Source: an uncultured Chloroflexia bacterium (GTDB taxonomy: Bacteria > Chloroflexota > Anaerolineae > CG2-30-64-16). From it: a DNA stretch of 64,000 nt. Shown here in pieces: positions 19,500-27,845 of this stretch. The translations under genes and the position numbers were made by a program. Location: positions 384,001 through 448,000 of the forward strand of contig CAVZDU010000003.1 of NCBI GenBank assembly GCA_963774265.1, in the 5' to 3' direction. How positions within the stretch are numbered: the stretch's first letter is position 1; each line of letters opens with the position of its first letter. A model generated the notes under the pieces. That model did no database searches and had not been told where the DNA came from. It worked only from the letters and a program-made list of their open reading frames with translations.

Positions 19500-21560
19500 T
19501 CAAAAGCGCAGCGGCCCCAGCCGGATGCGTTTCCCGGCGGGGTTGTCGGCCACATCGCGAATATCCAGTCCTTCAGGCGCGCCGGGCGCATAGACGGCCA
19601 GCGAGACATAGAGGTCGCCGTTGGCCCCCGCAGGCGCCGGCAGCGGGTACCGGCCAAACACTGCCTTGTCCACGGACCAGCGAGTGGTCGGGTAGCCGTA
19701 GCCCGCAGGCCGGCCATCCCATCGTCCCAGGATGGCGCCCGCGGCATCCTCCAGGATCAACGACACCTGGTAGTCCTCGGTCAGCGTGTTCAGCGCGCGC
19801 CAGTAGACGGTCAGCTCGCCATCCTCCGGATCGTCCCACCCGAGCAGGGCCAGCTTGTGGTCGAAGTTCGCCGCATCCGCGTGCTGCGGCTCGGGCGAAG
19901 CCACATACCGGGCATCGGCCCGCAGGGTCCAATGCCGCAGGCCCAGGTGCCAGAACCGGGCAACGGGATTTGTTTCGACGCCGGCACGGTCGAGGAAATA
20001 GGGGACGAACCCCACCGGATCGACGACCTCATCCTGCCACGTCACCAGCCACGCGCCGTTCCCGCCCCTCAGGCCCTGTTCGAGCGCCGGCGCGTCCTCG
20101 AACCCGAGCACCGCATTCACGTCCAGGATGTCGATCTGGGGCAGCCGGATCGGCGCGATGTCTGCGGCGTAGACCTCCCACGCGGGCGCGGCATGGCCTG
20201 ACACCAGCACCACCCGTTCGCCTGGCCCTATTTGGCCTCGCACGTAAGCCGCCAGCTCGCGCCACTGCGCCTTGGTGAACGCCGGATCGCTGAACCAGTT
20301 GCGCAGGCCGATCACCGACGTGGCCAGCACCAGCGTGGCGATCGCGGCGGCCCCCGCGCGGCCCGCAAGCGTGCGGGCCTCCGAACCGCGAGCCGCCAGC
20401 CGGCCGCGGCCGGGCGCGGTCCACAATCCTGCCATCCCGCCGGCCAGGATAAGGAAGTACGCGGGCGACGCCAGCATCAGGTAACGCGGGTTGAACTTCG
20501 GATTCCTCGCTGCCAGCGCCAACACCATCGCCAACGGCAGCAGCAGGGCCACCAGGGGAACCCAGGCCTCCTGCCACCCGGCCTTCCCTCGGCGGCGTGC
20601 GCCTGCCCAGAGCCCTGCGAGTGCGACCGCCATTGCGACGGCAAACCAGGGCAACCATCGCTCGGCGTCGCTTTCCAGCATCGTTTCGGGCGCACCCGTG
20701 GTGAAGCTGACGAAGACATGCCGCAGCGCCTCGCCCAGCTTGAGATCACCCTGCCAGTACGACGCGTCAACCCGGTACCGATTCAGCATGGCCGGCAACC
20801 ACGGCAGATAGCCCAGGACGACCAGCGCGGCGGCGACGATGGCTTCACGAACCCGAGGTCCTGAATGCCGACCGTGTGCTGCTGCCAGGGCGACGATCGC
20901 ACAGGCGGCGTAAGCCGCGAGCAAGAAGAGCGCAAAGTAGTGCGTGTACAGGGCGGCCAGGGACGCCACGACAGCCGTTCCCCACCACATGGAGACGCGC
21001 CGGCCCCCTGCCGCGGCCTCCGCCGCGGAGACGGCGCGGAGCAGTGCATAGCCCGCCAACGCGCCGAAGAAGGTCAGCTGCGTGTACATGCGGGCTTCCT
21101 GCGCATAGTAAACGTAAAGCGGTGCGATCGCGGTCATGCCTGCGGCAAGCATCGCTGCCAGGAGACCGCGGCGTCGGCGGCCGAACAGTCTGCGCGCCAG
21201 GCTCCACAGGAGCGCTATAGTCGCGGTTCCAAACAGCGCGGAGGGAAACCTGAGCGCCCATTCGCCGTGCCCCGCGGCGCGCGTCCACCCTGCCAGGAGA
21301 TAGTAGTAGAGCGGCGGCTGGATATCGTCTGCGGTCCACCGCGTCAGCTCGGCCAGCCCTTTCGCGGCCACCTGCGCGCTGACCGCCTCGTCATACCACA
21401 GGCTCTGGCTGTCGAGCCGCACGACGCGCAGGGCCAGGGCCAGCAGCAGGATGGCCAACAGCAGCACGCCGTTCAACCCACGGGAACGGCCCACCGTGGA
21501 CTGCACGTGCGACCCCTCCCGCCCCGGGACGGGATCGTCAACACCTGGGCGAGGTCTCAT
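19500..21560 (-). CDS. GT39/PMT-like membrane glycosyltransferase; start uncertain
   Basis: QSLWYDEA, DIQPPLYY, YYAQEARMY, many TM helices, C-terminal Ig-like domain. Confidence 0.85.
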   Translation of the reverse strand: MRPRPGVDDPVPGREGSHVQSTVGRSRGLNGVLLLAILLLALALRVVRLDSQSLWYDEAVSAQVAAKGLAELTRWTADDIQPPLYYYLLAGWTRAAGHGEWALRFPSALFGTATIALLWSLARRLFGRRRRGLLAAMLAAGMTAIAPLYVYYAQEARMYTQLTFFGALAGYALLRAVSAAEAAAGGRRVSMWWGTAVVASLAALYTHYFALFLLAAYAACAIVALAAAHGRHSGPRVREAIVAAALVVLGYLPWLPAMLNRYRVDASYWQGDLKLGEALRHVFVSFTTGAPETMLESDAERWLPWFAVAMAVALAGLWAGARRRGKAGWQEAWVPLVALLLPLAMVLALAARNPKFNPRYLMLASPAYFLILAGGMAGLWTAPGRGRLAARGSEARTLAGRAGAAAIATLVLATSVIGLRNWFSDPAFTKAQWRELAAYVRGQIGPGERVVLVSGHAAPAWEVYAADIAPIRLPQIDILDVNAVLGFEDAPALEQGLRGGNGAWLVTWQDEVVDPVGFVPYFLDRAGVETNPVARFWHLGLRHWTLRADARYVASPEPQHADAANFDHKLALLGWDDPEDGELTVYWRALNTLTEDYQVSLILEDAAGAILGRWDGRPAGYGYPTTRWSVDKAVFGRYPLPAPAGANGDLYVSLAVYAPGAPEGLDIRDVADNPAGKRIRLGPLRF

Positions 21561-21565
21561 CGCCC

Positions 21566-24112
21566 CTACTCCATCGACGTGCAACATGCCTCCGCAGCCA
21601 AACAGCACGCATCCGGCCGGGGTCCGGCCATCGGATCGATCGTCACTGGTCCCAGGACGGCTTCTTCCCCTGCTGAGTTCCCCAGGCCCGACACGTGCGA
21701 GAGACGCTCTCCATTTCGCCCGTCGATCCACCCGACCACCAGCTCATAGCGCCCGGGTTGGACGTCCCCGGGCACGGCGATCGTATGGGCGTCGATAACG
21801 CCCGCTGCGCCATCGCTGCCCACCTGCCAGGTCGTCGCAGGACGCGGGGTGAACCAGGTTGGCTCCCCTTCGACCGCGGCGACGATTTTGCCAGTGACAT
21901 CAGCCAGGTGGAGGAACACGCTGTACGCCTGCGGCGCGGCGCCTGCAGCCTGCCAGTACAAGAGGATCGGGAGCTCGCCACCGGGCGCTGCGCTCATCGG
22001 CGCGCTCCACTCGGCAAGCCTCACCGTCCAGTCCGCCCCCGCGAAGGCCGCGCCGGACGTCTCGATGGAGGTCAACGGTCCTTCGTATAGCCGAAGCCTG
22101 CCTTCGCGGCGCGCGAAGCCGGGGAGCCGCAGCGTCCCGTCGCCCGCGACCTCCGCGGGGGTTGCGCTAGCGGCCGCATCAGGCCCCGACAGCTCAGGGC
22201 GTATGACCTGCCCCCCATCAGTGACCTGCAACGCCGGCGCGAACGCGCGCGGCAGGAACCACGGCGCCGTTTCCGTCACGACGACCTCGCCCGCCCCCCA
22301 CTGTCCTGGATCGCGCCAGAGCAGCGCGGGCAGGGGGCGCTGTTCGCTGCTATCCACCACCGCACCCGCCGGGGTCCTGGCCTCGTACCTGATCGCCAGG
22401 TTGGGGGGCAGTGTGGCGCCTGCCACCTGCCAGTAAAAGCGGAAACGGGTGAGCCGCGAGCGCACATCGTCGAGGACATCGAAGCCGAGCAGGCGCAGCC
22501 CGGGCCCGATTTGCGCGCCGACCGGAATCTCCGGCCGCTGCTCGCCCGCACGGGTAAACGAGTAAAAATCGTCGGGCAGCGCCCGGGCCGCTGCACCCCG
22601 GGCCAGCAACAGATAACCGTCCGCAGCGTCCACGACCCCGTAGCCTCCATCTTCGATCAGCCGGTCAACCGACGATTTGACGTCCCCAGGGGGCATGCCG
22701 GTGAACCCTGCGACGTCGATTAGCAGGTGGGTGGCATCGGACACGTCAGGGTAGACATAAATCTTATGCCGGTGGCTGAGGTGGGGATGCACGGCAGGCG
22801 TCGCGGAGACGGTCGCGCTGGGGGGAATCTGGCCGGTCAGCCGCGCCAGGGTGCGGTGGTGATCTGTCAGGGCCGGCCACTGGTACGGCCGCGCCAGGGG
22901 CGTCCATCCGCGCTCGATCTGCGCACTCCCAGCCCAGGCCAGCAGCCAGATCGCGCCGAGCACGCTGATGACGGTCGCGTTGGTGGCCAGCGGTGTCAGC
23001 CGGAAGGGCGCCTGGCGCTCGATGAATCGCTGCAGCCGCCGCGCACCGTATATCGACGCGATGATGAACACGGGCGCCAGGGGTGCGGCCAGCTCCCACA
23101 GCTCCCCGGCCGGTCCGGTCGGGGTCGTCAACGCGTGGGTGACGAGGAACGGCAGCCCCAGCAGCAGGATTTCGGGCGCGAGCAGCGCCAGCCAGCCGAC
23201 CGAACGGAGCAAGCCGCCCAGGGCGTCCAGCCAGGCTGGCTCCCGCAGGGCGGCCAGGTCTGCCAGCCTGCCCCAGGACCACGCGTTCTGTGCTGCGCCG
23301 CCGGCGGCTTGGCGCGCGGCCGGCGCCACGATGAGGAACGACACCGCGGCGCACCACCCGATGCTGACCAGCAGCAAGGCGAGCCCCTGCTTCGTGCGCT
23401 CGGGCCGGCGTTCGCTGAGGATCAGCAGCAGCCCCAGCATGGCGGTCAGCAGGGCATAATCCTCCCTTGCCGCCATGACCACCAGGGCCCAGCCCCACAT
23501 CGGTCGCCAACGCCCCTCGGTGCCGTACCAGAAAGCGAAGAGCAGCGGCGCGACCACCCACGTTGCGGTGTGGAATCCCGCGACGTTCGCCGCCTGTATC
23601 GCTGGCATGAGCAGGTAGGCCAGGGCAAAGGCCAACGCCAGCCACTCTGCGCGCCGGCGGTCGCCCGCACCTGGGGCGCCCCTGACGCCGGAGAATGTGG
23701 TCGGCGCATCCATGCGCGGCGCATAGGCGCGCCGCGCGATCCAGAACACGGGCAGCGCGCCGGCGGCCAGCGCCAGGGATTGGATGATCAGCATCGCGGC
23801 CACGTCGTCCCACAGGACATAGACGAGTGACAGCGGCAGGAGGATCAGCTCGAGGTGTCCGGTGGTGCGCGAGACCTGCTGCGTCCCAACGGTGCGTTCG
23901 AGGAACCGCCCGTGCACGGTGTTCCACATGGCCTGGTCGATGGAGGACAGGCCGCTCGCGGTGGTGTTCAGTGTGGCGTGTCGTTGCAGGGTGTAGACGC
24001 TGAAGAAGGACGCGTAGGCGACGATCAGCACCCAAAGAAGGGCGGTTGGCGCGAGGGAACGTCCTTCGACTACGCCGCTCCCGCGGCTCCGCTCACCGTG
24101 CGCTGCGTCCAA
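21566..24112 (-). CDS. DUF2079-type GT-C membrane protein with C-terminal Ig-like domains; start uncertain
   Basis: DQAMWNT..GR, HLELIL, FH, REDY motifs and multiple TM helices. Confidence 0.7.
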   Translation of the reverse strand: MDAAHGERSRGSGVVEGRSLAPTALLWVLIVAYASFFSVYTLQRHATLNTTASGLSSIDQAMWNTVHGRFLERTVGTQQVSRTTGHLELILLPLSLVYVLWDDVAAMLIIQSLALAAGALPVFWIARRAYAPRMDAPTTFSGVRGAPGAGDRRRAEWLALAFALAYLLMPAIQAANVAGFHTATWVVAPLLFAFWYGTEGRWRPMWGWALVVMAAREDYALLTAMLGLLLILSERRPERTKQGLALLLVSIGWCAAVSFLIVAPAARQAAGGAAQNAWSWGRLADLAALREPAWLDALGGLLRSVGWLALLAPEILLLGLPFLVTHALTTPTGPAGELWELAAPLAPVFIIASIYGARRLQRFIERQAPFRLTPLATNATVISVLGAIWLLAWAGSAQIERGWTPLARPYQWPALTDHHRTLARLTGQIPPSATVSATPAVHPHLSHRHKIYVYPDVSDATHLLIDVAGFTGMPPGDVKSSVDRLIEDGGYGVVDAADGYLLLARGAAARALPDDFYSFTRAGEQRPEIPVGAQIGPGLRLLGFDVLDDVRSRLTRFRFYWQVAGATLPPNLAIRYEARTPAGAVVDSSEQRPLPALLWRDPGQWGAGEVVVTETAPWFLPRAFAPALQVTDGGQVIRPELSGPDAAASATPAEVAGDGTLRLPGFARREGRLRLYEGPLTSIETSGAAFAGADWTVRLAEWSAPMSAAPGGELPILLYWQAAGAAPQAYSVFLHLADVTGKIVAAVEGEPTWFTPRPATTWQVGSDGAAGVIDAHTIAVPGDVQPGRYELVVGWIDGRNGERLSHVSGLGNSAGEEAVLGPVTIDPMAGPRPDACCLAAEACCTSME

Positions 24113-24128
24113 TTGAGATGCGCCATTT

Positions 24129-25415
24129 CTAGACCCCGCGGCGCTGCAACAACCCGCGCAGGTCTGCGATTTCCGATTCCAGTTGCCCGATCTCGGTGAG
24201 CACCTGCGGCGAGGCAGACAGCAATTCCTGGCCTCGCACCTTCTCGAGCTCGACCAGCCGCTCGCGTCGCAGATTGAGCTGCATGACGAGCGAACTGACA
24301 TCGTGCTCGCGCTGCCTGGCAAACACAGCCCGCATGGCGTCCTTCGACGTCTGCAGCGGGGGGACGCCGGCCAGCGTCGCGGCCTGAGTCTCGAGCCAGC
24401 CCCGCAGGAACTGGTTGCCGATGGCGTAACGCGTGCCGAGCCTGCGCAGGTAGCCCAGGTTGATGAGATTGGTCACGCGCTGCTTCAACTCGGCCGGCTG
24501 CTCGAAGTCCATCCGCTCCAGCTCGCGCGGATCTGCCCTGTGGATGCGATAGATGCTCAGGAACAGCTCACGGTCGGTTTCGGTCAACTGGCGGAAATCA
24601 TACACCAAAAAGCTCGCAACCATCGAATCGACGTACAGGTCAGCGTCGTCAGGCATGCGGAGCTCCCCATCCTCGCCTAACAGACGGGAGCAGAGGAGTT
24701 GCAGGAGCAGGGGGTGGTTGTTTGTGGCATCTTTGATGGCCGCCACGACTGCGGCTGCGGCCTTGACTCTTCCACCGCGCGGGGCGTGCGATTGAATGAT
24801 AAGGCTGCGCGCGTCCGGCGCGGACAGGCTGCCCAGCATGTAGGACATATCGAACCCGCTGAGGAAGGGGGAGGTGGTCCAGTCGCGACACACATCGTAG
24901 AGGCGGTAGATTCTGCGGGTCGACACCATGACCGACCGCACGCCCGCGCCTGCGGTGAGCAGGCAGTGCAGCCGCTGCATGGCCGCCGGCTCGTTGGCCG
25001 CGATGTCCAACAAAGCCTCGGTTTCGTCGCACAGCAGGAGCAGCTCTCGACCCGACCGCGCGGCCAGCCGCCGCAACTGCGCGAGCAAGGTCAGTGCATC
25101 CTCCTCGTCTGCGAGCGAGGGCGGCATCCCAAGCGGCGAGAACCGGTCGGGATGATCGCGGACCACTTCCGCTAGGCAGCAACCCAGGTCTGCGTAGGAG
25201 TGGCAGCCCTGCATGTCCAGGTACAGCGGGACGAGCCGGCCCCGGCGCGAGGTCAGCAGCTCGAGCTGGCGCAGCAGCGAAGTCTTGCCGATACATCGAT
25301 TGCCGACCACCCAGTGCGCGCGTGCGCCACTCTCCAGGAGCGTGGCAAGGAGCTCCTCCCGGCCATAGTATTCCCGGCCGGTGACGAAGGCTCCGATGAC
25401 ATACGGGTTGCGCAC
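24129..25415 (-). CDS. STAND-like AAA ATPase with C-terminal helical tail
   Basis: NPYVIG..YYGRE, Walker A GNRCIGKTS, Walker B LLCDE, HPLLLQLLC; GTG start after GAGG. Confidence 0.8.
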   Translation of the reverse strand: MRNPYVIGAFVTGREYYGREELLATLLESGARAHWVVGNRCIGKTSLLRQLELLTSRRGRLVPLYLDMQGCHSYADLGCCLAEVVRDHPDRFSPLGMPPSLADEEDALTLLAQLRRLAARSGRELLLLCDETEALLDIAANEPAAMQRLHCLLTAGAGVRSVMVSTRRIYRLYDVCRDWTTSPFLSGFDMSYMLGSLSAPDARSLIIQSHAPRGGRVKAAAAVVAAIKDATNNHPLLLQLLCSRLLGEDGELRMPDDADLYVDSMVASFLVYDFRQLTETDRELFLSIYRIHRADPRELERMDFEQPAELKQRVTNLINLGYLRRLGTRYAIGNQFLRGWLETQAATLAGVPPLQTSKDAMRAVFARQREHDVSSLVMQLNLRRERLVELEKVRGQELLSASPQVLTEIGQLESEIADLRGLLQRRGV

Positions 25416-25432
25416 GGCGACCTCGCGGTCTG

Positions 25433-27772
25433 TTAACGACCGGGCGACGATGTGGCCGCGGCGGCCGCGTCGTCCGCGGTGATGGCGATGCGCCCCGCGG
25501 CCAGGGCGCGCAGCACGGAGGTCGCCGCGACCTCCAGCAGCCGTTCGGGCCGGCCCGCAGCCTCTTCGACGACCCGGTCGACGGCGCCCGGCGCCCATGT
25601 ATAGACATCGCGCACCGGTTCGACCAACAGTTCTCGCGCTGCCGCGTCGCTCAACGGCTGGAGGTCCACCTGGCGGAACAGATCGCCCAGATCACCCAAA
25701 GACCGCGGGGCACGCTCGCCGGCCAGCACTGCGCGCAGTTGGCCTCCCATCGTCCCGACCAGGAGGCCACGGATGTTCTCCCGTGCGCGGGGCGGGTAGC
25801 TTTCGAGCGCCTGGGCTTCATCCAGCAGCAGCACGACACGAACCCGGCGCGGGGCAACCACCGGCTGCAGGGAGGCGAGGAGGAGTTTCAGGTCGGCGTG
25901 AAATTCGCGCGCGGCGTAGGCGGTTGACGAGGTTTCGTGCCACCCTAACCGCGGCTGCTCGCCCACCATCAGCGGTTCCATCCCCGCAATGACGCGATCC
26001 ATCAGGAGGTGGAGAATCACCTCCGGCCGCGTGGACGAGAGATCGAGAGTCGCCGGGATGGAGATCAGCTCGCCGCCTTGTTGGGACCTCAGCGCTGCAG
26101 CCACTCGCCGTAAGGCCGGCGTCTTCCCCATCCCTCTGGCCCCCACCAGCAGCACGTTCCCGCCCTGCAGCGCCGCTACCACCTCATGCGCGGGCCCGTC
26201 AGGCAGCCGCGCGTCGATGGCCCTGCCCGCCGCTGCGTCGTGCGCGTAGGGGTTGAATCCCTGCGCCACCACCGTCTGCACCCGGGCCAGCTCGGCCGCG
26301 GCAGCCCGCTCGGCAGCCCGGCGTCGCGCCGTGATCGCCGCGTTCGCGGTTACGCCGGCAACCAGCAACAGCACAATAGCGCCCATGATGGGATAGGCCA
26401 CTTCGCTTCGCAGGGCAACGCCACCCGGGAGGTACACCAGGCGAGGCGTGACCACCGTCACATCCGCCGGCACGGACCGGTTGAAGGCTTCGTCCTGCAC
26501 CCACACATGCAGGACCGTATTCCCTGCTGCAAGCCGCCGACCGCTGTACGCGGTGATCGCCTGGGCACGGTGCACCAGCGGCGCGTCATCCACCCCGTCC
26601 AGCCGCGTGAGGATGATCAGCCGGTCAGAGGGCGTAGTGCCGTCAGATGCGCGCACCTCCACGCGTTCGATGCGGTCCCGCGCCAGCTCAACTGCCCCCT
26701 TCTCAGGTCGCATACCGTTGACCGCGATAATCTCGACCCTGGGCGAGGACCGCTCGGGCCGGTATTCGACCAGCCCGACCCCTGTGCCAATCCAGAGCGT
26801 TCCATCCAGGGCAGGTGCGAAGGCAGTCGCCGAGGGGTCCGGCAAAAGCCTGGCGTCATAGTGCTGCCAGACCGTCGATTCGCTGGCCAACACACCCTCG
26901 CGCGTCCCCAACCAGAGCCGGCCGTTGCTAAAGCCAAGCGCCGTGACACCCGTCGAGACGGCCGCAGGCAGTTCCATGCGCTCCCAAACCACCCCGCGCG
27001 TCCGCCACAACTCGTCCTCTTCAGCCCAGACGTAAAGCATCCTCTCGGGGCTTTCGACAATGCCGCGGATGCGAGCTGCGCCGGGGCTTTCCTCAGCCGT
27101 TATGGCGGTCCACTTCCCCCCGGAGAGCTGCCACAGCCCGCGCTCCGTGCCGGCCCACAGCGTCCCATCGCGGCGAGCCTGGAGTGCGGTCACCCGCTGC
27201 CCCGCGAGCTCGTCCACAGATTGGAGGGCGCCGTCTTCGTGCCACCGGCTCAGGCCGGCGGCCGTGCCCATGTAGACCGCACCGTCCGGACCCTGCGCAA
27301 AAGCCAGGACGGGCAGGCTGGCCAGCCCCGCGACATCGAGCCGCCGGAACGCCATCGCATCAGGCGGTGCATCCGCGGGTGCGTAGCCCAGTCCGCCGCC
27401 GGTGGCAACCCACACCCGGCCCTGCTCATCCTCGTACAAGTTCAGGACGCGATTATCGGGCAGTCCATCGCGCGTGGTCAGCGATTTCCAGACCCCGCCA
27501 TCCCAAACAGCCGCGCCCCGCTCTTCTATGCCCGCCCAGAGGCGGCCCGTGCGATCCACGAGGAGCGCGTTGATCCGCTGACCGGCCACAGGTGCGGTTG
27601 GCACAATCCGCCACTCGCCGCCGGCGACCGGGGGTGTACGATGACTCAACGTATCGAGCGAGGAGCCAGCCTGGCTGGAGAGGATTCCGGCCCCGGACAG
27701 CATCAGTGCGCCCAACAGCGCACTGGCGGCCAGGCCGGTCTTGAATAGAAGGGGACGATCAATGAGTCGCAT
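25433..27772 (-). CDS. Reg_prop beta-propeller, TM helix and STAND-like ATPase
   Basis: N-terminal hydrophobic segment, DGLPDNRV and W.GT..GL blades, TM YPIMGAIVLLLVAGV, NPY, GARGMGKT, LLLDEA. Confidence 0.8.
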   Translation of the reverse strand: MRLIDRPLLFKTGLAASALLGALMLSGAGILSSQAGSSLDTLSHRTPPVAGGEWRIVPTAPVAGQRINALLVDRTGRLWAGIEERGAAVWDGGVWKSLTTRDGLPDNRVLNLYEDEQGRVWVATGGGLGYAPADAPPDAMAFRRLDVAGLASLPVLAFAQGPDGAVYMGTAAGLSRWHEDGALQSVDELAGQRVTALQARRDGTLWAGTERGLWQLSGGKWTAITAEESPGAARIRGIVESPERMLYVWAEEDELWRTRGVVWERMELPAAVSTGVTALGFSNGRLWLGTREGVLASESTVWQHYDARLLPDPSATAFAPALDGTLWIGTGVGLVEYRPERSSPRVEIIAVNGMRPEKGAVELARDRIERVEVRASDGTTPSDRLIILTRLDGVDDAPLVHRAQAITAYSGRRLAAGNTVLHVWVQDEAFNRSVPADVTVVTPRLVYLPGGVALRSEVAYPIMGAIVLLLVAGVTANAAITARRRAAERAAAAELARVQTVVAQGFNPYAHDAAAGRAIDARLPDGPAHEVVAALQGGNVLLVGARGMGKTPALRRVAAALRSQQGGELISIPATLDLSSTRPEVILHLLMDRVIAGMEPLMVGEQPRLGWHETSSTAYAAREFHADLKLLLASLQPVVAPRRVRVVLLLDEAQALESYPPRARENIRGLLVGTMGGQLRAVLAGERAPRSLGDLGDLFRQVDLQPLSDAAARELLVEPVRDVYTWAPGAVDRVVEEAAGRPERLLEVAATSVLRALAAGRIAITADDAAAAATSSPGR

Positions 27773-27845
27773 GGCATTGCTTCCGATCGTGGACGCGGTC
27801 CGATGGAGCGATCATAGCACAAGCCACGACAAAAAGCAACTATAT

